Shown in pieces: positions 1 to 9,521 of a stretch of DNA of 64,000 bases; position 1 is the first letter of the stretch, and each line of letters starts with the position of its first letter. A program made the translations under genes and the position numbers. Below the pieces are notes generated by a model, which was given only the letters and a program-made list of their open reading frames with translations, made no database searches and was not told the DNA's origin. The stretch is from IMG/VR virus record IMGVR_UViG_3300046542_000361; one strand, 5' to 3'. This DNA is from a virus. Taxonomy: Duplodnaviria; Heunggongvirae; Uroviricota; Caudoviricetes.

Positions 1-428
1 ATCGACTTGGCGATCGCGACATTGTGGGCGTTGGCAAGCTTTGCCTGTCCACCGAGCGCCCGGACGAAGTCGACGACCTTGTCGATGGCGTAGATGTTGA
101 AACGGTCGCTGTCGGCCTCCTTGCCCTGGCGATAGTTGATGAACGCCGGCGTGGTCTTCAGCACCATCAGCACACGCGCCATCGAGGGCAGTGCCAGCTT
201 CGAGCGATAGCTGTTCAGCTTCTTCACCTTGGGCATGTCGGCCGAGCCGTTCGCCTTGCGGCTGATCTCGAACTGGACACGCTCGTCGAAGGCGGCTGCA
301 ACCGTCAGCGCGAACGCCTTGGCGTCATCTTCGTTCACTGCCTTCACCGCGTCCTCGAATATGAAGGCCTGCGGTTCGTTGGACTGCTGGCCGGCCGGTG
401 CCTGGACGGACTTGATTTTCTTGGTCAT
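1..428 (-). CDS. hypothetical protein, partial (start codon at 428, 3' end lies beyond the window start)
   Basis: Minus-strand open frame from ATG at 428 (MTKKIKSVQAPAGQQSNEPQAFIFEDAV...) runs to position 1 without a stop. RBS GGAGAC upstream. Not in the ORF track because it has no stop. The track ORF 24..566(+) is its antisense. Confidence 0.55.
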   Translation of the reverse strand, partial: MTKKIKSVQAPAGQQSNEPQAFIFEDAVKAVNEDDAKAFALTVAAAFDERVQFEISRKANGSADMPKVKKLNSYRSKLALPSMARVLMVLKTTPAFINYRQGKEADSDRFNIYAIDKVVDFVRALGGQAKLANAHNVAIAKS

Positions 429-602
429 TGCGATTGTCTCCGTGTTGTTGACGACTTCGAAAGATTGTTCGCTCTTTCGATGAAAACAACATACGACGTT
501 CAAACGCGGCGTAGTATCTGGCGTGGGTTGGCGCAGCACGGCACGAAGCTTCACTCCGGAGTGTAATCCTTGGACACAATCCTGTCACAAGATTCGCCGT
601 CT

Positions 603-657
603 CCCTTCAATATATTAAATAACTAATAGGTATTAATTACTATGAAGGGAGACGGAC
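603..657. promoter_or_regulatory. perfect 13-bp inverted repeat (CCGTCTCCCTTCA ... TGAAGGGAGACGG) enclosing a ~30 nt AT-rich loop
   Basis: Read directly. An isolated AT-rich island in GC-rich DNA, upstream of the 428 gene start. Confidence 0.5.
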
Positions 658-1439
658 CGGATTGCTGACGCGCCGGAATGAAGGATTGCTCCTTTCTAGC
701 CGGGAGCCGCCCGCCATGGACGTTCCGCGGTGATCCGTGGCGTGCCGAGGCAATCCATGGTCAGCCGGTGGGTCAGCCATGGTCCGGTGTTGAGCGGGTC
801 GACGGTGAGTTTCGGTAGCCCATGGCTCCGGCGCTCGTGGTTCCTGGAAATTCCGAAAAGCCAAAAAGAGAGGCAGGTCCGAAAACCCGCCTCGAGGAAG
901 GCCGCTGTCCGTGATGCGACCACGCTGCATGTAATCAACAGCCAGCTGGACAACTGTCTGCTACGCAATTCATTTGCGCGCTTGTGAAGATAGACGCACG
1001 CGATCGGGATGCAAACGGCGCATCGCGGCTACGGGTGGTCTGGTCAAGCGGTTGATGGAGAGGGGTGAGGCGCGGCGCCGGCCAACCATCCTGTCGCTTA
1101 GAATTCCCTATACGCACATCTATCTCCACACACGCATGCGCTTGCTCTCACCTACACCTATAGAAGCTCAGTGGCTCTCTTACGGTGTGATGCGCACCAT
1201 GGTCGTTCTATAGGTCTGTAGTGGGTGATGCTGCTCTCTAGGCCGGTGGTGTGTTCAGTGGTGCGATCGTCTTTTAAGCGTTGCGTTGCCTGCGTTCTGC
1301 TCTGCTGCGCTGGTGTGTGCTCTGTTGTTGACGACGTTTCGCTGTGATGCGTTTCCAGTGTTTGTCTGCTGTCTCGCTGCTCAGAGATTGATGGTTCGAT
1401 TCTGTGCGCTTCTACGAGCTTTTGCAGATGAGTGGTTAT

Positions 1440-1665
1440 CTGCGTGGGTATGTTGACAGTTTGGGAAAAACGCTGAAATCGGGGTTGGCTGTCAACGTAG
1501 CGTTAACTTACGTCAACATCAAAGCCTTGTGAGGATGGTCATTAGACAAAATGGGGTTAAATCCTGTCAACATAGGCAGGGTTGAAACTAGGTGTTTTGG
1601 GGTAGCCGTGTTGACAGAGAGGCTAGCCTGTCAACATCAGGACCATGGCTGTCAATGTCTGCTGT
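1440..1665. repeat. cluster of about 7 TGTCAAC / GTTGACA half-sites in both orientations (iteron- or operator-like)
   Basis: Copies near 1452, 1488, 1513, 1563, 1609, 1629 and 1647. One pair forms the dyad TGTTGACAG-N11-CTGTCAACA. A GT-rich, A-poor stretch at 1200-1440 lies next to it. Confidence 0.55.
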
Positions 1666-1882
1666 GGCTCAGCTGGTCTATGGTGAGCGTGACCAGGCGG
1701 TTCTCTTCCTCCTGGGCCAGCCGGTTGAAGGCGAGCTCCTGGAGTGCCTGGGCTGTCTCAGTGCGGCTCCAGCCGTATTGCTCAGCGAGGAGCAGCACCT
1801 GGTCGAAGGTGGTCTCGAGGGCGGCCTGGCAGTCGAGGTCGCGATCGGCGTAGGGTGCGAGCTGTCTGGGTGCGGTGATCAT
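1652..1882 (-). CDS. hypothetical small protein (76 aa)
   Basis: ATG with strong RBS GGAAGAGGAA. ORF track. Confidence 0.6.
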   Translation of the reverse strand: MITAPRQLAPYADRDLDCQAALETTFDQVLLLAEQYGWSRTETAQALQELAFNRLAQEEENRLVTLTIDQLSHSRH

Positions 1883-1954
1883 GGCCTGTTCCTCTTCCGT
1901 TCATGAGGACATTAGACCTACCGCATAGGTGGAATCTTGTCGAGGTGGTTGTGT

Positions 1955-2311
1955 TCAGTCCTCGATCAGAGCCTTGAGCCACTCCGGATTGAAGCTCAGC
2001 GTCATAGGCTGGCCGTAGAGCGCGCGTGCGGTCTTGCGGCGTAGTTTCTTCCAGAGCCGCTTGGAACGGTGTCTGCTGGGCTTAGGCTGGTCGAAGATGG
2101 TGCCTATGAGCGGCAAGGCGTTGACGTTGGCGCGGCGTTTGACCTGGGTGCAGGTGAGCACCGGTGCCTGGTGCTCTCTAGCCAGGCTGTGCGCGAGCTC
2201 GGCGCGATCGACCCAGTGAATGAAGCTGTCGCGCCTGGCCGGTAGGAAGCGGATCTCGCCGTATTGCTGCGACAGTTCGCGCAGCTCCTTGTGGACGGTC
2301 TCGAGGGTCAT
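1955..2311 (-). CDS. hypothetical protein (118 aa)
   Basis: ATG with RBS AGGAG. ORF track. Confidence 0.6.
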   Translation of the reverse strand: MTLETVHKELRELSQQYGEIRFLPARRDSFIHWVDRAELAHSLAREHQAPVLTCTQVKRRANVNALPLIGTIFDQPKPSRHRSKRLWKKLRRKTARALYGQPMTLSFNPEWLKALIED

Positions 2312-2320
2312 TGCCAGCTC

Positions 2321-2557
2321 CTAGTGCTTGGGCTCGATGAATGAGGGAATGGCGAGGATTGGCCTGGGCGGGTGCTTGCGCATCAGCTCCACCAGGAAGG
2401 TGCCTAGCTCCGGCGAGGCGTCGACGATCAGCGTGCCGCTGTTGTCGGCGATCTTGTGCTGCACGTAGGCCGTGGTTGCATCCTGCACCTCGGCGATCGG
2501 GCCGTAGAAGGTCATGCCGTTGTCGAACTTGACGAAGGCGTAGGTGAGCTTGGGCAT
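2321..2557 (-). CDS. hypothetical protein (about 78 aa; the track ORF is extended to a GTG at 2566)
   Basis: ATG at 2557 overlaps the stop of the upstream small gene (TGATG). Confidence 0.55.
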   Translation of the reverse strand: MPKLTYAFVKFDNGMTFYGPIAEVQDATTAYVQHKIADNSGTLIVDASPELGTFLVELMRKHPPRPILAIPSFIEPKH

Positions 2558-2691
2558 CAGTTCCACTCCCTCTTAGGGTCGTAGCCTCGCTTCTGCTCCT
2601 TCCGCACCTGGTAGCGCTCGTAGTGAACGCCGGTGATGAAGCAGACCGTGCCGACGGCGAGGAAGGCGTAGAGTTCCAGGGAGCCGATCAT
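2557..2691 (-). CDS. small membrane protein, 44 aa (MIGSLELYAFLAVGTVCFITGVHYERYQ...), one TM helix
   Basis: Not in the ORF track (<60 aa). ATG overlaps the stop of the 2688 gene (ATGA); RBS GAGGA; its own stop overlaps the next gene's ATG. Confidence 0.55.
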   Translation of the reverse strand: MIGSLELYAFLAVGTVCFITGVHYERYQVRKEQKRGYDPKREWN

Positions 2692-2948
2692 GACTGGAAG
2701 TCCTCGCTGATCTGCAGAACCATGCCGCCCCAGCCTCTTTGAAGGTCGTAGCGACCAGGCTTGCCGTTCACGAGCGCCTTGGTAAGCGCGGCTTTCGTTT
2801 CTGGATAACCGTCGCCGGTCTTTTTCAGATACGCCAGATCCGGATGCTCCAGAACCTTGTCGAACATCAAGTCGAGGTTAAACGCCTGGGTGGTCGCCAA
2901 GAGGTTCTCAGCGCCGTTCTCGCCGTAGTGGTAGAGGATATAGATCAT
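2688..2948 (-). CDS. hypothetical protein (about 86 aa from MIYILYHYGENG...)
   Basis: Internal ATG at 2948 with RBS GAGGATA is a better start than the track start at 2981. Confidence 0.5.
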   Translation of the reverse strand: MIYILYHYGENGAENLLATTQAFNLDLMFDKVLEHPDLAYLKKTGDGYPETKAALTKALVNGKPGRYDLQRGWGGMVLQISEDFQS

Positions 2949-3010
2949 GCCGCGCTCTCGCTGTTGTCGATGTTCTGTCATAGCAGCGCGAGCTTAGGAT
3001 GAGAATCTGG

Positions 3011-3298
3011 CTATTGCAGGTCGATGAGAGGCAGGGCACCGGTGACAACGCCATCCGTCGCCATGTCGGCTGGCACGCAGAGGATAGCCTTGGCCTGGGC
3101 TTTGAAGTCCTCGGCATTCTCCTCGAGGGCCTGCTTGCATTCAGCCATGGTGTAGACCTTCGACGTGATGAACACCTCGTTCGCCTTGGTGATGGAGACG
3201 GCTCGGGCCGGCGTGTCGTCTGTGACCTTGATATCCGTGGCCTGTGCGCTCGACGCCGCTGCGAGGATAAGGAGAGTGGCTGCGATGATGTGCTTCAT
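3011..3298 (-). CDS. small secreted protein with N-terminal signal peptide (MKHIIAATLLILAAASSAQA)
   Basis: Signal peptide read in the translation. RBS AGAGG. Confidence 0.6.
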   Translation of the reverse strand: MKHIIAATLLILAAASSAQATDIKVTDDTPARAVSITKANEVFITSKVYTMAECKQALEENAEDFKAQAKAILCVPADMATDGVVTGALPLIDLQ

Positions 3299-3362
3299 GA
3301 TGACCTCTGATTGATTCCGAGATCAAATAGAGCCCGAGCCATGGGCGTGCAAGAAAAAGAAA

Positions 3363-3385
3363 TGGCGCCCGAAGGCGCCACTGTT
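3363..3385 (-). terminator. rho-independent terminator (TGGCGCC cgaa GGCGCCA followed by TTTCTTTTTCTT on the minus strand)
   Basis: Stem-loop plus U-tract immediately after the tail fiber gene stop. Confidence 0.7.
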
Positions 3386-3388
3386 TGA

Positions 3389-6300
3389 TTAGGCGGTGAC
3401 CGTCACCGTCATCACGGTGTCGACGATATCGAAGCCTCGTTTCTGGCGCACCTTGATGCTGAAGGTCTGGTTGACGGTGAGCACACCTGCTCCGCGGATC
3501 AGATCGCCGTTGCTGTTCATCGCCACGCTCGTGCCGGTGTAGGGATCGTAAGCGCGGGAGGTGTTCAGCAGCGACCTGGTCTCGCCAGTGATCTGATCCG
3601 GGAAGTTGACGACGACGCCGGTCTCGGCGACGGCCAGCGACAGGTTCACCGCGGTCGGCAGGGCCGGCAGGGGCGTTGCAAGCGCACCCGTCCGCAGCAC
3701 CTCGCTCGAGGTGGCATAGCTTGCATCGTAAGCCAGCGCCGTCACCGTCTTCGTAACGCCTGCCTCGGTGAAGGTCAGGTGGATACGATCGACACGGCTG
3801 ACCAGGCAGCCCTGATCGGCGTCAGTGATCGTGTAGCTCGACGCGGTCGCACCATCGATCCATTCACAGAGCCAGCCAAGATGCACACCCGTCCAGTTAG
3901 CCCACTGGACCGCAGGCTTGTGCCGGCGCCACTGGTAGGAGCGGGTGATGACCGCGGTCGGGAAGGCCGTAAGCACAGCCGCAGCGTCGAAGCCGCTGTC
4001 GGGGCCGGACAGAACCGCGCCAGACACACGGCTGCCGGTGATCTGCGCGCGTGCAACGACCTTGGGCGGCTCAGCGATGCTGCCGTTATAGGTGAAGTGG
4101 CTGTCCCAGATGAACGCCTGGATCTCACCACCGGCCGGCAGCGTCGTCAGCGTCCGGTCGAGCGGCTTGGTGACGTTGTGGAAGACGAAGCCACGGAAGC
4201 GGCCGGACGTCGGCCGGTCGACACGCACGCCGTTGGCGCACTTGATGACCGTCTCGTCATGCGCCACGATATCGACGCGGCCGGACTTGGTGCCGGTGTA
4301 GCCCGTCACCGAGATACCGGTGAACGACAGCGCCCGGTTCATGTCATACCAGGAATTGTCGTAGAGCTGATGGTTGTGCGATCCCGGCTGGTTGTCGTAG
4401 CCACCGATGCCGTAGCCGAACGAATAGCTGTTCTTGCGCGAGTAGCGGCTGACGTTACGGCAGAAGACCTGGTTGTCACCCTCGTCGGTGCCATGGACGA
4501 AGTTATTCCCATCCAGGATGTTATCGTGGATCAGGATGTAATCGTGCATGTTGGTGACGAGGCAGCCCTTGCCGGACGAGGTCTTGATCGAGTGCATGTC
4601 CAGGAAGGTGCCTCGCATGAGGTAGCCCTTCTGGTGCGGCCCAGGCGAGCCGTCACTGGCATTGCGGTCGGCACGGGTCTGGATCGTGTCGCCTTCAGCC
4701 GTCATAACCGGACGGAAAAGGCAGTCCTCGATCGTGATCTTATCATTGGTGTCGGAATAGAGCCCGTCGGACATGACCTGGAGCAGCGACACGCGCCGCA
4801 GCGTGATGCCGTTGTTCCTGTAGAAATAGATGCCGGACGCGTTTTCCGACGACCCGACGGGATTGAAGCCCGCCTGGTCGATCACAACGTCCTCAATGAC
4901 CCAGTTGGCGCCTTGACGAGCCATGATGGCGCGGTCACCCGAGGTGATGCGCATCTTGGAGATCTTGACGTTGCTGCGGCCGAGCGAGCCATCGTCGGTG
5001 TAATGGTCGATGGCGTAGCTGACGCTGGTCGAACCAATCGCGGTCAGGTCAGCGCCGAGGCCCTCGTAGTTGCGGTTGCTGCCGACCTTCAGCCGGGTGC
5101 CGAACACGCCGCTCAGAACCGCCGTGGCGCCCGACGGAATGGTGTCGGTGCCGACCAGTGTCTGCTTGGCGAACTCAGCGGTCAGGCCGTCATTGCCGTC
5201 GTTGCCGGTGGCGGGGTTCCAGAAGGCTGCCGCAGGCAGCACGACCTTGCCGGCCGTCGTGATCGAGGTCGAGTTGATGGCGTTGGTCGCGGTGACGCGG
5301 CAGGCGATCGTATGGCCTTCCTGAGCCGAGGTCGGCTTGTAGCTCATCAGCGTGGCGCCGGCGATGTCCACGCCGTTGTCGGTCCACTGAACCGTGTAGC
5401 CGGTCGGCTGGTTGGCCCAGGCGCCGAGATCGATCTGCCAGGTGGTGTTGGAGCGATCGGAAGACGCGACGATGGTCGGCGCCGTGGTATTGGCCGGTGT
5501 GACCGACTGGACAGCTGCTGCCGCAAGCGTGATCTCGTTCGAATAGGCGACGACGTCGTTGTTGCGGTTGGAGAAGGTGCGGGCGAGCCGAACCTTCTTC
5601 GTCGCCATGTCGGCGCGGGTCGTGAACACCGACAGCGTCTTCTGGAGATCCTGCACGTTGCCAATCGGCAGGGTGGCATAGGAGAGACCACCGCGAGCAT
5701 CCCACTGGTAGCTGTTTGCACCAGCGGCCGAGATATTGCGTGCCTGCTGCCGGAAGACCAGCCAGTCGCCATCGAGCCACTCGCCGAAGTCATGCGTGAG
5801 CGTCCAGTGCGAGGTGGCGTTGGTCGTAACGCCGAGCTCGCCGAGCTCGGTGCCGGCCGTCACGCCGACCTTCGGCATCTGCACTTCCTCAATCAGAACA
5901 CCACCACGGTATTTGGCCGCATACATCCTGATGCGGATCGAGGAGTTGGTGTTGAGGTGGCGCATGAACAGGTCGTAGACCTGCGCGCCCTCGTTCCCAC
6001 CGGCCGCGCCGATCTGGGTGGCGATATAGTCGTTCTCAGTAGCGCTCGCGGCGACGGAGAAGCTATAGGTGTTGGTGCCACCGTATGCGGCCGTCGAAAG
6101 CCCGACGCCGTGATGATTGTTGCCATCAGGATAGCCCGTCGGCGCAGCGACGGCGGTAGCGGCTGCCAGATAGCGTGTGAGCGGAGCCTTCAGCGCCGGG
6201 ATTTTCGCCTGGTCGATCTGCCACTCGTCGGACTTGATGATGGCATTTTCGCTTGCAGCGCCCGACGAGGTCACGGTCATGCGGCTACCAGGCTCGGTGC

Positions 6301-7006
6301 TGCCGGCAATCACAGGGCTGGAGAGCAGCACGGACGTCTTGTTGGAGACCGGGCCGATGCCGTTAGCGCTATACCACGGGCCGTCGCCGCCTGCGTTGGT
6401 TGGCTGGACCTGAGCCGTGATCACGTCGCCGTCATCGTCGGGCTGCAGCGTGTAGGAGAGCCCCTCGGCGCCGGGAATGACATAGGCCGTGCCGCGCAGA
6501 TAGCGGTAGCGGTAGCCAGTCGGGCTGCCGTCGAAGTTCGGTGGGGTAAGAGTGATGGTGTCGCCGACCTTGGCCGTCGAGGTAGCCGTGACAGCGTCGA
6601 TCGGCACCGACAGGGCGCTGATCGTCTTCTGCATTGTCGCGGTCAGATAGACCGCGATGCGAACCTCGACCGTATAGGTCTGGCCGCGCGCCAGGATACC
6701 GGTAAAATCATACTCGCCGTTGCCAAGCGCATCGGTCGTCGTTGACCTGCTCACGACGGTTCCATTGGCTGCCGTCACCGTCAGCGTCGCCGGAACGCTC
6801 TCAACAGTGCGGCCGGGGCTGATCAGGCGGAAGCGGACGAACGGCGTGCGGTCGTCCTCTTCGAGGAAGAACACATGCACACCGCCGAGGGCGGAGATCG
6901 AGGCTCGATACTCCACGCCGTTCGGGTCCGCGATGATCATGCTACCGATAGCGATTGCCTCGCCAGGTGCGTCAGGAAGTTGGTCGATGGTCAGGCGATC
7001 AGCCAT
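3389..7006 (-). CDS. tail fiber / tailspike protein with pectin-lyase-like right-handed beta-helix region and Ig-like repeats (about 1206 aa; likely start MADRLTIDQL at 7006)
   Basis: Beta-helix-type repeats (…ITSGDRAIMARQGANWVIEDVVIDQAGFN… NGITLRRVSLLQ…ITIEDCLF…). Thr/Ser/Gly-rich low-complexity stretches. ATG at 7006 sits 2 nt after the stop of the upstream gene. The N-terminal 88 aa of the track ORF is Arg/Ser-rich and unlikely to be coding. Confidence 0.65.
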   Translation of the reverse strand: MADRLTIDQLPDAPGEAIAIGSMIIADPNGVEYRASISALGGVHVFFLEEDDRTPFVRFRLISPGRTVESVPATLTVTAANGTVVSRSTTTDALGNGEYDFTGILARGQTYTVEVRIAVYLTATMQKTISALSVPIDAVTATSTAKVGDTITLTPPNFDGSPTGYRYRYLRGTAYVIPGAEGLSYTLQPDDDGDVITAQVQPTNAGGDGPWYSANGIGPVSNKTSVLLSSPVIAGSTEPGSRMTVTSSGAASENAIIKSDEWQIDQAKIPALKAPLTRYLAAATAVAAPTGYPDGNNHHGVGLSTAAYGGTNTYSFSVAASATENDYIATQIGAAGGNEGAQVYDLFMRHLNTNSSIRIRMYAAKYRGGVLIEEVQMPKVGVTAGTELGELGVTTNATSHWTLTHDFGEWLDGDWLVFRQQARNISAAGANSYQWDARGGLSYATLPIGNVQDLQKTLSVFTTRADMATKKVRLARTFSNRNNDVVAYSNEITLAAAAVQSVTPANTTAPTIVASSDRSNTTWQIDLGAWANQPTGYTVQWTDNGVDIAGATLMSYKPTSAQEGHTIACRVTATNAINSTSITTAGKVVLPAAAFWNPATGNDGNDGLTAEFAKQTLVGTDTIPSGATAVLSGVFGTRLKVGSNRNYEGLGADLTAIGSTSVSYAIDHYTDDGSLGRSNVKISKMRITSGDRAIMARQGANWVIEDVVIDQAGFNPVGSSENASGIYFYRNNGITLRRVSLLQVMSDGLYSDTNDKITIEDCLFRPVMTAEGDTIQTRADRNASDGSPGPHQKGYLMRGTFLDMHSIKTSSGKGCLVTNMHDYILIHDNILDGNNFVHGTDEGDNQVFCRNVSRYSRKNSYSFGYGIGGYDNQPGSHNHQLYDNSWYDMNRALSFTGISVTGYTGTKSGRVDIVAHDETVIKCANGVRVDRPTSGRFRGFVFHNVTKPLDRTLTTLPAGGEIQAFIWDSHFTYNGSIAEPPKVVARAQITGSRVSGAVLSGPDSGFDAAAVLTAFPTAVITRSYQWRRHKPAVQWANWTGVHLGWLCEWIDGATASSYTITDADQGCLVSRVDRIHLTFTEAGVTKTVTALAYDASYATSSEVLRTGALATPLPALPTAVNLSLAVAETGVVVNFPDQITGETRSLLNTSRAYDPYTGTSVAMNSNGDLIRGAGVLTVNQTFSIKVRQKRGFDIVDTVMTVTVTA

Positions 7007-7007
7007 T

Positions 7008-7337
7008 TTACGTCTCCAAAATGTTGATGAGGTCGCCCAGGGAGATCTTGCGAGCGCCGGCGCTCGTTCGAACGAGGAGCAGGTCGTCGCTCCTTGCTTC
7101 AGTGCGGAGGGGAAGGTTGCCGAGCGTCTGATCGCTGGCGTAGTGGATACCGAGATCCTTACCGGCCGTGTCGCCGGTAAGTGCGTAGATCGAACCGTTG
7201 CCAAGGCGCAGAACAGCGGCAGGGCCGGTCTCAGGGTCAGGCTCGACGACAAGAATTGGAGGCGCAGACGCACGCAGGCGATTGCTCAGCCGCGGGCGCT
7301 CACGCAGAGGCAGATTGAGGGGAAGGGCGAGCCTCAT
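7008..7337 (-). CDS. hypothetical protein (tail-associated by position)
   Basis: ORF track. ATGA coupling with 7334..7603. Confidence 0.5.
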   Translation of the reverse strand: MRLALPLNLPLRERPRLSNRLRASAPPILVVEPDPETGPAAVLRLGNGSIYALTGDTAGKDLGIHYASDQTLGNLPLRTEARSDDLLLVRTSAGARKISLGDLINILET

Positions 7338-7603
7338 TGGTCGTCACTGACGACAATGGTCTTCCCCTCCGTGTTGCGAAGGGAGACGGCCTGCAGGTAG
7401 GGAAATTTCGGCAGGCGCACGAAGTTTTCGCGGTTGTTGACCAGCAGACCAACCCGGTGCCAAGCCGTGGTGTTACTGACGCGCGCAAGTATTTCAACCT
7501 GGGCGTTAGAATCCGCGGCGTCGAGCTGTAGAATAGATTCGCCGGTTGGCGACCAAACAGCGCTTGCGCCTTGAGCAGCCGTAGAAGTGAAACGTTGAGC
7601 CAT
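7334..7603 (-). CDS. hypothetical protein, first gene of the tail fiber operon
   Basis: ORF track. The conserved motif lies upstream at 7654-7679. Confidence 0.5.
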   Translation of the reverse strand: MAQRFTSTAAQGASAVWSPTGESILQLDAADSNAQVEILARVSNTTAWHRVGLLVNNRENFVRLPKFPYLQAVSLRNTEGKTIVVSDDQ

Positions 7604-7732
7604 AATACCGATCCCCCAATGAATTAAGGCACCAGTATAAGTCCTGCCGTGAGGTAAGTAAATATTGATTTACCGACGGCTTACCATGGGATCGGCCGGC
7701 CAGAAAGGCGCTGTTACACGCCTATCTTGTGT

Positions 7733-7942
7733 TTATACCGCGATACGTTCGAACTCAGCGTAGACGCCGGTGCCACCGAGCATCGTCGCTTTGCCGTGCT
7801 CCTCGAGGTCGGTGATGAATTGGCCGAGCTCCAAGGGATCGGCGCCGTCCAGGTTGTTGATGAGGACGTCCTTGAGCTCGAAATCACCTTCGAGCTCGCG
7901 CTCGTCGGAGTCGGTGCTGCACCAGAACATTCTGACTATCAT
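7733..7942 (-). CDS. hypothetical small acidic protein
   Basis: ORF track. Confidence 0.45.
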   Translation of the reverse strand: MIVRMFWCSTDSDERELEGDFELKDVLINNLDGADPLELGQFITDLEEHGKATMLGGTGVYAEFERIAV

Positions 7943-7952
7943 GGCGACCTCC

Positions 7953-8378
7953 TTAGTGCTTCGACGCAGCCATCAGCTTGCGAATGACGAATGCCGGCTC
8001 GATCCAGAAATTCTCCGGCAGCTTATCGGTCATCGCCTCTTCGTAGCTCCATGTGTCGAGCTGATCGTCGCCTTCAGCCAGCTTTTCGCAGCTCATCGAG
8101 AAGAGAAACGAGCCGTCGTCCTGCCGCTCAACGTGCAAGCCGACGCCATCGATGCCGAAGTCGCCGATCGCCAGACCGTCTTCGTCCGCATCAAAGCCCC
8201 AGCAGTCGCACATCATGCCTTCGATCATCGTCGCGTGATAGTCGTTGCGCTCGATCTCAACCGCCGCTACGCCGAGCAGAGCGCCAATCTCGCCTGGAAC
8301 AACCAGCTCGATACGAAAACGAGCGCTGCCGCCAAATTCGCAGTTCTTGAAGATTTTGATTTCGTTTGCCGTTATCAT
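7953..8378 (-). CDS. hypothetical protein (about 141 aa from MITANEIKIFKN)
   Basis: Internal ATG at 8378. The track N-terminal extension is Arg/Leu-rich and unlikely to be coding. Confidence 0.5.
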   Translation of the reverse strand: MITANEIKIFKNCEFGGSARFRIELVVPGEIGALLGVAAVEIERNDYHATMIEGMMCDCWGFDADEDGLAIGDFGIDGVGLHVERQDDGSFLFSMSCEKLAEGDDQLDTWSYEEAMTDKLPENFWIEPAFVIRKLMAASKH

Positions 8379-8734
8379 CGCGCTATCTCTTGTTCGTTGC
8401 TGACAAAGAGACAGTAGCAAGCGCGATCGCGGATTACGGCAGGCAGCGAGAGGCACTTGAAGCCCATGGCTGGCCGGGCTATATTGCAGGAGTGTTGGCA
8501 GGAAGCGCGAACCTCCTGCCAACTCTTTACGCTACGCTAGGAATTGCACCCGCACGCTTGCTTGCCAGCTCGTGCGGGTTTTCCTTATCGTGAACGTGAC
8601 GCTAAATGGTATCCACCACATAGCAATCCTCCGTTTCGAGAGCGAGGCACTCGCCAATGCCGATGTAGCCCATCTTCATCAGCGCGCCGGGCTGGCTCCG
8701 GCACTTACTGCTTCCACTCCCGAATCTCTCGATC

Positions 8735-8953
8735 CTATGCCATGCGGATCTTGGTGAACAGGTCGTAGATGCTGTTCCAGATCTCGGTCTGCTCCTCGGA
8801 GCCATCGGCGACCGGCTCAACATCGTGGTTGAGCTCCTGGGCGCGCTGGCCTGCGGCGACAGGATCATTGCCCATCTGCAGAGCGTCGAATATGGCAACG
8901 AGAACGCGCTGCTCGCCCGGCGTGATTGTGATCGTCTTGGTCTTTACGGGCAT
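8735..8953 (-). CDS. hypothetical small protein
   Basis: ORF track. Confidence 0.5.
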   Translation of the reverse strand: MPVKTKTITITPGEQRVLVAIFDALQMGNDPVAAGQRAQELNHDVEPVADGSEEQTEIWNSIYDLFTKIRMA

Positions 8954-9420
8954 GTGGTGATCTCCGATTGTTCATTGATCTCTCTCCGCACCGTCATCAC
9001 AGCGCTCGTGGCTGCGGGATACGGGTCTAGGAGAGGATCGTGAGCAATCAAGCGATGGCTCTCTGTGACAATGCGCGCGCCGGGGCCGTTGGTTTGCGCA
9101 AGGCATACAGATGGATTGGTTTCACCCCGGATCTCTCAACGAGTGGGCGACTATCGGGATACCGGCTCTTATGTCGGCCGGGCTTTCCGTATATGTTGCC
9201 TGCTGCGCTCGAAGTGTCAGTGCATCGAGGCTCGCACCGTTCACAGGCACGGTGAGCTATTTGCGGTCGAGGTAGCTACCCTCATCGTTCACATGGCGAT
9301 CTCACGTTGTCTGCTCTTTCTGCTTTCTCTCTGTCGATGATCTGTTATCGCACGTCAGCGCTTGGGTTGCGGTAGGCAGTGCTCGGCACTGTGTTAACAA
9401 CCTCTTGAAATTTAGGCTTA

Positions 9421-9461
9421 ATGAAACGTTAACGGAAGCGGCTGGAGTCGTCGCTTCCGTT
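9421..9461 (-). terminator. 10-bp perfect hairpin AACGGAAGCG-N11-CGCTTCCGTT downstream of the 9522 gene
   Basis: Read directly. Confidence 0.5.
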
Positions 9462-9521
9462 AGCCATGGGATCCGCGGGCGGCGCGTCTAACCAACGATA
9501 ACTATAGATTATCGATGGTTA

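Noticed and set aside
24-566. 180-aa plus-strand ORF at the window start
   Set aside because: It is the antisense of a well-formed minus-strand gene (ATG at 428, good RBS) that runs off the window. Its translation is His/Arg/Leu-rich with no protein-like pattern.
730-1213. Plus-strand ORFs 730..987 and 974..1213 in the non-coding region
   Set aside because: No RBS, Arg/Ser-rich translations. The region is better explained as structured or regulatory non-coding DNA.
1390-1410. tRNA-like T-arm sequence GGTTCGATTC
   Set aside because: No acceptable acceptor, D or anticodon arms can be folded around it. No tRNA is called anywhere in the window.
3779-6745. 988-aa plus-strand ORF
   Set aside because: Entirely antisense to the tail fiber gene. 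Typical high-GC shadow ORF, Arg/Gly/Asp/Val-rich with no motifs. The same applies to 19661..20989(+) opposite rtcB, 35206..37599(+) opposite nrdJ, 42989..44098(+) opposite sbcD, 62360..63922(+) opposite the ligase, and 57924..58907(+) inside the acidic repeat of the CobT-like gene.
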